Positions 1 through 7,702 of a stretch of 64,000 nucleotides of DNA are shown here, one piece after another. The first letter of the stretch is position 1, and each line of letters begins with the position of its first letter. The notes below the pieces were generated by a model that saw nothing but the letters and a program-made list of their open reading frames with translations, was not told the DNA's origin and made no database searches. Where the stretch lies: IMG/VR virus record IMGVR_UViG_3300002294_000003, positions 1 through 64,000 of that record; one strand, given 5' to 3'. This DNA comes from an uncultured virus (IMG/VR IMGVR_UViG_3300002294_000003). Lineage: Duplodnaviria > Heunggongvirae > Uroviricota > Caudoviricetes. The position numbers were made by a program, and so were the translations under genes.

Positions 1-29
1 TTGAAAATGTCTGACCCCTACCCTATAAT
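1..29 (+). promoter_or_regulatory. sigmaA-like promoter TTGAAA-N17-TATAAT carrying a spacer motif repeated at 244-270
   Basis: TTGAAA 1-6, TATAAT 24-29; GAAAATGTCTGACCC at 3-17 recurs at 244-258 at the same distance from TATAAT. Confidence 0.65.
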
Positions 30-54
30 AATTACAACCTAAAGAAAGTAGATT

Positions 55-255
55 ATGCCCAAATACTATGTAACAATGCGTGTTGATTTTGCTGGATACC
101 TTGAAGCTGATAGCGAAGACGAAGCAGAGAAACTTGCTTGGACAAGCTGGGGTGACACAATGGACAACGACATAACTTATGACGGTATTTATTCCATTGA
201 TGTTGAAGAAGTAGAGGAAGATGAGGAAGATGATGACGAAGAAGAAAATGTCTGA
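55..255 (+). CDS. small acidic hypothetical protein
   Basis: ORF preceded by GAAAGTAGA; acidic tail. Confidence 0.75.
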   Translation: MPKYYVTMRVDFAGYLEADSEDEAEKLAWTSWGDTMDNDITYDGIYSIDVEEVEEDEEDDDEEENV

Positions 256-277
256 CCCTACTACTATAATTGTTCCT

Positions 278-514
278 ATGATGAAAGTATGCCCTGCCCA
301 TGATGGCAATTTTGACTGTAACCCATTCTGCCGTATCTGTGAGGGTAACCAAGAGTATGAGTCTAATGGTTATCTACCCTGTAATAGATTTGGACATTGT
401 GGAGAATATGTTGAGGAAGATATTTGGCACGAAGAATTAGGTTTCTGTGTTGAGTGTCAGTATATGTATTTCAACCAAGAGTTAGACCCATTCACCCTAG
501 AGAGAGTAGCATAA
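278..514 (+). CDS. Cys-rich putative Zn-binding protein
   Basis: Several CxxC motifs; start moved to ATG 7 nt after TATAAT (265-270). Confidence 0.65.
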   Translation: MMKVCPAHDGNFDCNPFCRICEGNQEYESNGYLPCNRFGHCGEYVEEDIWHEELGFCVECQYMYFNQELDPFTLERVA

Positions 515-666
515 TGAGTAGCACAATTAGTACATGGACTAAGTTTATTTCTAATGCAGGGGACGATGAGTTCAAACAGCAGATGGCTGCTATATTGTCA
601 GATGCCCTTGCTACACTAGATACTATACCTGATGAGGAATTAGAAAGATTGGTTGATTGTGAATAA
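514..666 (+). CDS. hypothetical protein
   Basis: TAATG coupling; GAGAGTAG upstream. Confidence 0.6.
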   Translation: MSSTISTWTKFISNAGDDEFKQQMAAILSDALATLDTIPDEELERLVDCE

Positions 667-797
667 TCCTAAGAAAAAGTTTATTGTTACTTATACAGCT
701 CAGTATGATGTTGAGGCAGATAGTTCGCCTGAAGCTATGGATATTGGACAAGAGATACACGCACATTTGCCAGACGGATTTTGGGAAGTAGCTCATA

Positions 798-1070
798 TTG
801 ATAATCAAGAGACAGAATAGGGTATGGTCTGCTAAAGTGACTAAGACAAATGATTTTACTAAACTAAACCAACTAACAGATTTTATGGTTAGTCACCTCT
901 ATAGCCTGTATGACAGCATAGAGGAAGTAGAAGAGTTTTCAGATGACTGGGACTACATTAGCGGAAGTATTGACACAACACAGGTATACCTGCTAAAATG
1001 TGGGGTAGAGTTTATGGAACACACAGCATACATAGAGTATGTTGATTCACTNAAGTGGGAGAAAGTATAA
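798..1070 (+). CDS. hypothetical protein
   Basis: ORF track; acidic; start uncertain. Confidence 0.55.
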   Translation: MIIKRQNRVWSAKVTKTNDFTKLNQLTDFMVSHLYSLYDSIEEVEEFSDDWDYISGSIDTTQVYLLKCGVEFMEHTAYIEYVDSXKWEKV

Positions 1071-1255
1071 TGGCAATCTTTATTTCAAACATCAATGGCG
1101 ACTGGTGGCAGTTCCATGAGGGACATCCACTGTTTGTTCTTGATACCAATGAAGTTCCTGAGACTGTTCTAGAACAAGTCTATGAGGCTTTGGAGGGGGA
1201 CAAGTTTGAAGAAGTTATCATGGAATACGGCAGAGAGATGGCTCTAGATGTCTAG
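1070..1255 (+). CDS. hypothetical protein
   Basis: TAATG coupling; GAAAGTA at 1061-1067. Confidence 0.65.
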   Translation: MAIFISNINGDWWQFHEGHPLFVLDTNEVPETVLEQVYEALEGDKFEEVIMEYGREMALDV

Positions 1256-1388
1256 GCAAGTTTGGCAGGTATCAATCTATAAAGAAGGCATCATTGAGAT
1301 TGATACTGATGAGACAACTATTGAACAGGCTGTTGAAGACTGGACTTATGATTTAGAAGTTCAGTATGATTTGCTGGAGGAAGAGTAG
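1248..1388 (+). CDS. small acidic hypothetical protein (46 aa, MSRQVWQV...)
   Basis: Manually translated; fills the operon gap. Confidence 0.55.
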   Translation: MSRQVWQVSIYKEGIIEIDTDETTIEQAVEDWTYDLEVQYDLLEEE

Positions 1389-1459
1389 GGGATCCTGCTC
1401 TTTCGAGCTGCGGCAGGTTAACATAATCTATTAAACATAAAAAATTAATTACGAACCTG

Positions 1460-1488
1460 TTGACAAATCCCCCAAATTTTGAGATAAT
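1460..1488 (+). promoter_or_regulatory. sigmaA-like promoter
   Basis: TTGACA-N17-GATAAT. Confidence 0.7.
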
Positions 1489-1514
1489 TGATTCCCAACT
1501 GAAAGTAGAAATTC

Positions 1515-1748
1515 ATGCAGGTATATGCAAATAAAAGACCAAAAGTATCAGACGTATCATGTTGGAAAGGTATCTTCCATCAGAATGGTGTGAGGGTATA
1601 TGAGGCGGATAACTATTATGATTACTATAAAGTTACCGCTGGAAATGACAGGCCTAAGTATTTCTTTGGTGAGACTGCATGGATGCAATGCCAGAGCTAT
1701 GTAGTTGACAAAATAGGCATGGCAGGCTATAATGTTTTTAGTAACTAA
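1515..1748 (+). CDS. hypothetical protein
   Basis: ORF after promoter and TGAAAGTAGAAA leader. Confidence 0.7.
   Translation: MQVYANKRPKVSDVSCWKGIFHQNGVRVYEADNYYDYYKVTAGNDRPKYFFGETAWMQCQSYVVDKIGMAGYNVFSN
1705..1733 (+). promoter_or_regulatory. consensus sigmaA promoter inside the 3' end of the upstream ORF
   Basis: TTGACA-N17-TATAAT. Confidence 0.8.
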
Positions 1749-1768
1749 CCCCAATCGAAAGTAGACAA

Positions 1769-2290
1769 ATGCACGTAATACAATACATTGCAGTAAAAGC
1801 AGATGACGTATCACATGCTCATCGCTCTGTCAAAAGTTATCTTGAAGACCAATTAGGTAGTGGAGATACACACAATACATGGTTTGACTGGTTTGTAACA
1901 GGTGGCGGACGTTGGGCTACAGGTGACAACCAATATAATGATGACTGGACTGGAGATATTAGACACCAGTCTGACGATGAGTTTGAGGAATACCTAGATA
2001 CCGCTCACAAATACAGGCAGCAGGAATTGTCTACGTATGAAGAAGAAGCACGTAAAATAAATCTAACAGAGATACTAGACAGCCTGCAGGACTTTGAGTT
2101 TGACCATTTCAAAGCAGGCATGGACTTATACCCTATCAAGAAACTATACGACCTATGCATGGGGGTATGGGACTATCAGTCTTATTTCTTTGACATAGAA
2201 CATGAGGCTACCTCCAGAAAATACATGCGTGAAAGTATTGACAAAGGTGATGATAACTGGTATCTTGTTCCTGTGGATTTCCACTTTTAG
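1769..2290 (+). CDS. phage hypothetical protein (WFDWFVTGGGRW; C-terminal VPVDFHF)
   Basis: 173-aa ORF; GAAAGTAGA leader. Confidence 0.8.
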   Translation: MHVIQYIAVKADDVSHAHRSVKSYLEDQLGSGDTHNTWFDWFVTGGGRWATGDNQYNDDWTGDIRHQSDDEFEEYLDTAHKYRQQELSTYEEEARKINLTEILDSLQDFEFDHFKAGMDLYPIKKLYDLCMGVWDYQSYFFDIEHEATSRKYMRESIDKGDDNWYLVPVDFHF

Positions 2291-2303
2291 AAAGTAGGTA
2301 AGT

Positions 2304-2387
2304 GTGGAGTTTCTAACTATACTGGCATTCATATTGATTGCTGGTGGTTTTCTAAACGGTATATTTGATGTAAGGAATCACGACTAA
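2304..2387 (+). CDS. 27-aa single-TM micropeptide
   Basis: GTG after GAAAGTAG; MEFLTILAFILIAGGFLNGIFDVRNHD; TAATG-coupled to the next gene. Confidence 0.5.
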   Translation: MEFLTILAFILIAGGFLNGIFDVRNHD

Positions 2388-2779
2388 TGATGATTGAGAA
2401 AGTAGAAGCAGTAGAGTATCAAGGCTGGGGCAACTGGGCTGATAAGTTCAAGCCTACCAAAAACCAGTTTAGCAAAGACCCCAATGAGCATATGTTTGAA
2501 ACCTTTGGGGAAGAGTATGACTATGTCAAGACTGTTGATGAAAAGTTCGTATGGACTTGGGTGCAAGGTGACCTATGCGATATTATCGTAGCAGGCAGAA
2601 GCTATGTAAATAGATTAGGTTACTACATTACTGAGCTACCGTGGGACAATGAGTGGGACAGTTGTCTGCTTAGTGTTCAGGTAGAATGTGAATGCTATGA
2701 CGAAGACGGGTGGGAGTATGGAGACCCAGATTGCAAGCCTTGTGAGGGGAGCGGGTATGTCACAAACTATGTATCGTAA
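2387..2779 (+). CDS. hypothetical protein with C-terminal Cys motifs (CxxCxGxG)
   Basis: ORF track. Confidence 0.75.
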   Translation: MMIEKVEAVEYQGWGNWADKFKPTKNQFSKDPNEHMFETFGEEYDYVKTVDEKFVWTWVQGDLCDIIVAGRSYVNRLGYYITELPWDNEWDSCLLSVQVECECYDEDGWEYGDPDCKPCEGSGYVTNYVS

Positions 2780-3113
2780 CAAGAACCGTAACAAGACTCT
2801 TATTGACTATGACCTTAACATCTACATGCCTGAAGAGCTGGATGAGGGAGGGAATTCATATTGGGACCCCGCCAGCTGGAAGATACATGTATACATCGTT
2901 AACAGGTATGGTCACGAGGAATTCGATGAGCCTGTCAAGTTAACAGCTGAAGAAATCATGGCCCTAGGTTTTAATAGGGATGAGTACTTCAGCAATGAGC
3001 AGGACGTGTGGTATGGCCTAGACGGATTCAGGATGGAATACTGGCACAAGATGTCTGACAGACTCAAGATGTATTTCGATCAATTGCCAAAGTACGCTGA
3101 AGATGTAATCTAA
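2769..3113 (+). CDS. hypothetical protein
   Basis: ORF track; start moved to minimise overlap. Confidence 0.7.
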   Translation: MYRNKNRNKTLIDYDLNIYMPEELDEGGNSYWDPASWKIHVYIVNRYGHEEFDEPVKLTAEEIMALGFNRDEYFSNEQDVWYGLDGFRMEYWHKMSDRLKMYFDQLPKYAEDVI

Positions 3114-3125
3114 CTAAATAAAGAT

Positions 3126-3227
3126 TGATGCGTCTGAGCCTAGCTCCGCATCATGGATACAGCTGGTTAGGGGTAGCCAGGGTATCCAAGGGGTGTCAAG
3201 GACTTTCTACTTTCACCTTGACACCCC
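3126..3227 (+). ncRNA. candidate three-hairpin RNA with a loop antisense to the GAAAGTAG leader motif
   Basis: Stems TGATGCG/CGCATCA, TGGATAC..CTGGTTA/TAGCCAG..GTATCCA and a perfect 12-bp GGGGTGTCAAGG/CCTTGACACCCC; a G-U pair favours the + strand. Confidence 0.55.
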
Positions 3228-3246
3228 ACCCAATTTCTGATACAAT
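3218..3246 (+). promoter_or_regulatory. sigmaA-like promoter
   Basis: TTGACA-N17-TACAAT. Confidence 0.7.
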
Positions 3247-3261
3247 ACGCACAGGAGAATA

Positions 3262-3474
3262 ATGACAAGACACAGGCAAAGCACAGCAGAAAAAACAGCA
3301 ATCAAAATCGGTAGCCTAGTAAATGACCTAACTTTAGATTTAGACCAAGTTGGTATGTATTTGGGTAGAGATAACAACATAACCTATAACAGACTTATGG
3401 TGATTTTGGAAGCTGCTAAGTGGGAGAAAGAAGAACAATGGGAGATGATACAAGATGAAAACTACCTTTTCTAA
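3262..3474 (+). CDS. hypothetical protein
   Basis: AGGAG RBS; ORF track. Confidence 0.75.
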   Translation: MTRHRQSTAEKTAIKIGSLVNDLTLDLDQVGMYLGRDNNITYNRLMVILEAAKWEKEEQWEMIQDENYLF

Positions 3475-3742
3475 TAAGTGTGCCATTCTAGCAGATGTGT
3501 GGATGGACTATAGAGATGACGAGCAATTTGAAGACTATGTTGAGTTCAATGACTTAGGTCTGCCACTTGCTTATTGTGCATACACAGAGCTTATTGCTAT
3601 AGATGAGGACAGCCCAGCAGGAGAAATTATTGACGAGAGTTTTTCAATCTTGCTTACAGGCATTGGTCTGAATGATACAGGGTTTGAAGACCTAGACCAG
3701 ATTCTAACTTTGGCTGTAACAAAAAACAATAACGAGAAGTAA
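3455..3742 (+). CDS. hypothetical acidic protein
   Basis: ORF track. Confidence 0.75.
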   Translation: MKTTFSNKCAILADVWMDYRDDEQFEDYVEFNDLGLPLAYCAYTELIAIDEDSPAGEIIDESFSILLTGIGLNDTGFEDLDQILTLAVTKNNNEK

Positions 3743-3746
3743 TAGT

Positions 3747-3772
3747 CAGGGGTCACTTTAATGTGGCCCCTG
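3747..3772 (+). terminator. hairpin after the early operon
   Basis: CAGGGGTCAC/GTGGCCCCTG stem; weak U tract. Confidence 0.45.
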
Positions 3773-3999
3773 TCTGGCCGCAGTGATCTATCCCTAGTGC
3801 CCAAACCTTTACGAACCAGACATTAAGAACCCCAGAATATTTTTCGCAGATCCAAACCTCTATATCCAAATTTAAATAAATAGACATTACGAACGCAACG
3901 AAAAAAATCCCAGAAAGTTTTGTCATTATATCGTTATCAAACCGTTATATTTGGTTTGGGGGTACTTAGGCAAACCTTAATACCTGATATACTATATAC

Positions 4000-4215
4000 A
4001 TGAGTCCTAGAGGTTTCTTCAGTAAAGAATCTATACATCCTCATTTTACTACAGAGGAGTATAAGAATAGTGATCAGTATCAAAAAGATATTGATTCTTA
4101 TATAGCTATGGAGAATAGGATCAAGGCTTGGTTTGGATACCCCCGCTTTTTGTGGTACAAGGGTTTGGCAGCTATTGGAATACTGGCGAAGCCAGAAGAT
4201 AACAAAGATAAATAG
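4000..4215 (+). CDS. hypothetical protein, leaderless
   Basis: TATACT-N6-ATG. Confidence 0.55.
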   Translation: MSPRGFFSKESIHPHFTTEEYKNSDQYQKDIDSYIAMENRIKAWFGYPRFLWYKGLAAIGILAKPEDNKDK

Positions 4216-4383
4216 ACATTACGATGGGGCATAAAAATTCCCAGGTATTTATAAAAATAACCAAANCCTTTTAATAAATTNCCCCTATATAAGATACAAT
4301 AACAAACCAATTATCCTTGATTTCGGATAGTTTTATTTGAAGGTTTGGGCATATAACGGTTTGATAAATATATGGTTTGGGGC

Positions 4384-4412
4384 TTGACATTTGAATGGTT
4401 TGGGGATATAAT
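4384..4412 (+). promoter_or_regulatory. consensus promoter with no downstream ORF
   Basis: TTGACA-N17-TATAAT. Confidence 0.7.
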
Positions 4413-4607
4413 GGTTTGAGAAAGATTACGAGCTTAAGGTTTAATACGCTCAGTTACCCATACCACTTTCCTCCACTTCTCTCCACTATAAAAACCATTA
4501 CGATCAGTAATATATTTTTCCCAGAAATCATGTCAAAACCATAGCCTAATTAGCCTTAAAATCGATTTTGAGGGGGGCATCAAAACCTTCGTTTGACTGG
4601 ATATGGG

Positions 4608-4712
4608 CTATTTTCTTTTGCGTCTATCGTCTATATCCAATAGCACTAAAATGGTAGCTCCCAAAAGAAACATGCTTGATAAAACAATAGCTAGTATTTG
4701 AAGATTACTCAT
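4608..4712 (-). CDS. 34-aa single-TM micropeptide
   Basis: MSNLQILAIVLSSMFLLGATILVLLDIDDRRKRK; manual translation. Confidence 0.5.
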   Translation of the reverse strand: MSNLQILAIVLSSMFLLGATILVLLDIDDRRKRK

Positions 4713-4881
4713 CTTTTGGAGTGTCTGGGATATATGGGTTGCTTGGCTGCAAAGAGTCTTTGTTCTCTTCTGTAACAGCAGTCATAACTGTCTCTTCTGA
4801 ACAGTAATTGCACTTCGGCATCTTATCTCCATCACCTGGTAGATTGTTGCCACATGTCATACATCTATAGATAGTTTCCAT
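4705..4881 (-). CDS. small Zn-ribbon protein
   Basis: AGGAG RBS; CxxC...CxxC; manual translation, 58 aa. Confidence 0.6.
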   Translation of the reverse strand: METIYRCMTCGNNLPGDGDKMPKCNYCSEETVMTAVTEENKDSLQPSNPYIPDTPKDE

Positions 4882-4960
4882 AATATCTCCTATTGATCTA
4901 TTATATCAGTATTATGTTTATATAGGGGATTGGGATGCTCTGGTTTGATACCCCTGGATT

Positions 4961-5533
4961 TTAGAGTAGGTTATCCCTCACCTTTTTGGCCTTATCAAAA
5001 GCTGGATCATTTTCTAATAGGTTTAAATGTGAATAGTTTATCTGGCCAGATTGATCTGGAAATCTAAAGAATATCATGGTTACAAACTCACCCTCTTTGA
5101 AGACCTTGTGGGGCCTCCAGTGTGGATACTGATTAGGATTAAAAATAAGAGCATCATTGTCATTCATTTCAAAAACTTCTGTGTCTAATCCCAGTGGCCA
5201 AAAAGTATTAGACTTATATTGATAATCTATGATTACACTATTATTGTCCCCATCAAAATGTGGTGCTAGATTTGGATGTCCGTACTTAGCTTCATAATGA
5301 GCAAACATAAGGTTTATGTTAGGAAGTTCTTTTTCTAGCAATTTTTCTACTTTTTGTTTTATGTTTTCTTTTATGCGATGTGGCATTTCAATTGTATAAA
5401 TAACTCTTCCAAGCCTTGCATCTTCTTTCTTTTCAGACCTTAAAGACCATAAATTTTCATCCGTCAATATACGATCTATTTCTTCAAGCTCTTCTGGGGG
5501 TAAGAAGTTTGGGACTTTATATACATTTTCCAT
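4961..5533 (-). CDS. 2OG-Fe(II) oxygenase-like protein
   Basis: HxD (PHFDGD) plus distal H (PHWR); leaderless TATAAT-N6-ATG. Confidence 0.7.
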   Translation of the reverse strand: MENVYKVPNFLPPEELEEIDRILTDENLWSLRSEKKEDARLGRVIYTIEMPHRIKENIKQKVEKLLEKELPNINLMFAHYEAKYGHPNLAPHFDGDNNSVIIDYQYKSNTFWPLGLDTEVFEMNDNDALIFNPNQYPHWRPHKVFKEGEFVTMIFFRFPDQSGQINYSHLNLLENDPAFDKAKKVRDNLL

Positions 5534-5653
5534 ATAAGCATTATAGCAGCTATAGGCTTACTAGAGGATATTGCTACGGAGTAGCATGGGTAACTCTATT
5601 TTACCGCCGAACTTTAAGCTATAATATCTTAATGACTATCGAACTTATTAGTG

Positions 5654-5857
5654 TTATCGGCTTTCTTTGCCTGGTGGCAATTTGGTTTGCGATGAAGCCT
5701 TAGCATATTTGCTCAAAAGTTTTTCTGTTTCTTTGTCAAAGGCCTTTTGCTCTTTGGCGTGAAACTTGGCCTTTCTTTCTAAGGATCCTTCTGCAAAAGT
5801 CTGCTGGCGTGTCTTTGTTTTATTTCCTGGAGTTTTGTGAATGGCTTTTCTTTGCAT
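5654..5857 (-). CDS. basic hypothetical protein
   Basis: ORF track; coupled to the upstream gene. Confidence 0.55.
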   Translation of the reverse strand: MQRKAIHKTPGNKTKTRQQTFAEGSLERKAKFHAKEQKAFDKETEKLLSKYAKASSQTKLPPGKESR

Positions 5858-6195
5858 TAAAAGTCATCGTCCTCTGGATAATATTCTTTAATGTCTGCTG
5901 GCTTTAGTAGTTCCATTACTTCTCTGTAGAATACCGCTCTTTGTCCCTTGCCCATATTAAGCGATGATTCAAACATCATGTTAAGAATGAACTGAACACG
6001 CTCTCTTTCTTTTTCAACGCCCTGCTCAAAGCCAGATTTAAAGCCCGCCTCTTCTCCTGCTTCATATGCTTCGTCTTGTGGCTCTGCCTCTATGCCATTA
6101 TCAAAACCTTCATCATATCCTGCGTCATGTCCAGCAGAATATCCTGCATCCCAAAGCTCTCGCTCTTCTAGAGTTAAATCTTTATAGTCTTTCAT
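5857..6195 (-). CDS. hypothetical protein with GxxxG (FliH/Yae1-like) repeats
   Basis: GYSAGHDAGYDEG, GFKSGFEQG. Confidence 0.65.
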   Translation of the reverse strand: MKDYKDLTLEERELWDAGYSAGHDAGYDEGFDNGIEAEPQDEAYEAGEEAGFKSGFEQGVEKERERVQFILNMMFESSLNMGKGQRAVFYREVMELLKPADIKEYYPEDDDF

Positions 6196-6542
6196 TCTGT
6201 CATCATCCAATCTATAATTTCTGGATTATCTCTCATAAACATAATGAGTGCATTTTCGTATACCCCAATGAAAAAGTGCTCCCACTTTTCATAATCTGCT
6301 TCTTTTTCTGGCAAACCATTTTCAAATATCATACGCATAGCATGAAGTATTTCATGCATTACAACAACCTTTTGTTTCCCAACAGATAGCTCATTTGCTA
6401 TTACAATAAGGTTACCCTGATCCAGGGTATATCCGTGAGAGCCATCGCTCAACATTCCATCTTCATGGGAATAGCGATATTCAATATTGTAAGTCTGTGG
6501 TCCAATCCTAACCTTGGTAGGTCTTGGGTCTCTAGTTGGCAT
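6192..6542 (-). CDS. small HExxH metallopeptidase-like protein
   Basis: HEILH motif. Confidence 0.65.
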   Translation of the reverse strand: MPTRDPRPTKVRIGPQTYNIEYRYSHEDGMLSDGSHGYTLDQGNLIVIANELSVGKQKVVVMHEILHAMRMIFENGLPEKEADYEKWEHFFIGVYENALIMFMRDNPEIIDWMMTE

Positions 6543-6612
6543 GGGAATCCTTAGCTCAATGTAGGTCTATTATACAGGATTGGCATCAGAAAGTCAATGG
6601 TATAATATTACG

Positions 6613-6804
6613 ATGACAGATAGAGAACCCCACGTATTTCCAGAACTAGAACAGGCCATAGACCTTGTGGTTCATACCAAGTCCCCCGAAAAGTGGATAC
6701 TTGTTGATAGAGAAACTGGAAAAATATTTCAGGGTTCTGCAAATGGGCATTGGGATAGGCTTATGCCTAGAGAGTATCTGCCACAATTTCACGAACTTTC
6801 TTAA
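6613..6804 (+). CDS. hypothetical protein, leaderless
   Basis: TATAAT-N6-ATG. Confidence 0.65.
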   Translation: MTDREPHVFPELEQAIDLVVHTKSPEKWILVDRETGKIFQGSANGHWDRLMPREYLPQFHELS

Positions 6805-6988
6805 ACAAAGTATCCTGATAAATTGGAGTCTTGGTGGCATGAGACTGCTGCTCTAGCTCATCAATTGCCGTCAAAATTCTTTCTCTTTCCTGAAACCTAG
6901 CATCTTGAATAAAGTTATCAATTGCTTTTACGTCAGATTTAGATGCAGTATTGTCTAATACTAGCATTCCGTATTCATACTTGATCAT
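6767..6988 (-). CDS. hypothetical protein
   Basis: GGGAG RBS before MIKYE; QERERI motif shared with 10545. Confidence 0.6.
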   Translation of the reverse strand: MIKYEYGMLVLDNTASKSDVKAIDNFIQDARFQERERILTAIDELEQQSHATKTPIYQDTLFKKVREIVADTL

Positions 6989-7167
6989 GCTATCTCCCGT
7001 AATATGATGTAAAAAATGGGAAAAATATTGCACCTATAATTAGCATAGCTGGGACTAGCCCAACTAGTGCAATTACCTGTATAACATTCCAGTCAATTTG
7101 TTTCTTATAGTACTTAATGATATTCTTTAAAGTTAAGTAAGCGTTGGTCATACTTAAGTTTATCATT

Positions 7168-7434
7168 TTATCCCTCAGATGTCAATGGCGAATTATATGT
7201 CTCTATTTCAATATCTAAGTCAGGATAGTCTTCTGTAATTCTTTTTATAGCTTGCCCTGTATCGTGTCCCACTTCTTCATGTCTGCTTAGATGGGCAATT
7301 GCTTCTCTTGGAGTTTTAAACTCAGGCCACCAGTCCTTATCCCAATCTGCAAACAGGCATCCACAGCACTCAATGTACCCACCCACATGCTCAAATATGT
7401 AAACATCTGATGTGCTAAACCGTTCGAAACTCAT
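7168..7434 (-). CDS. hypothetical protein
   Basis: ORF track. Confidence 0.65.
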   Translation of the reverse strand: MSFERFSTSDVYIFEHVGGYIECCGCLFADWDKDWWPEFKTPREAIAHLSRHEEVGHDTGQAIKRITEDYPDLDIEIETYNSPLTSEG

Positions 7435-7624
7435 CCCAATCGCCCCTATATGTATAATTTAATCCCAGCTCTGGGGTATAGACGCAGATCTCGTCAGGCT
7501 CTAGATATTTGACCTGATTTTCTGAGGTAATGTGAAACATATAAGTGCCCTTGGGTACGGCAGTCTCAGCATCCATATTCTTCATAAGATTAATAAATGT
7601 ATCACGCTTGGCTATTACGAACAT
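7415..7624 (-). CDS. hypothetical protein, leaderless
   Basis: TAAACT-N6-ATG. Confidence 0.6.
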   Translation of the reverse strand: MFVIAKRDTFINLMKNMDAETAVPKGTYMFHITSENQVKYLEPDEICVYTPELGLNYTYRGDWDEFRTV

Positions 7625-7702
7625 ATATATAGTTTACTGCAAAAAAAGCGGCTTGTCAATAAACACAAATAAAGGAATGTATAATAGTTTTTGGAGGTCA
7701 TA

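Larger units (their letters stand above)
3801..4590. repeat. repeat-rich, mostly non-coding region (CATTACGA-N14/15-TCCCAG, GGTTTG/CAAACC, CCACT 10-bp period)
   Basis: Motifs read directly; located at the + to - coding-strand switch. Confidence 0.65.

Noticed and set aside
3801..4590. CRISPR array
   Set aside because: Repeats are 17 nt or shorter, irregularly spaced and in both orientations.
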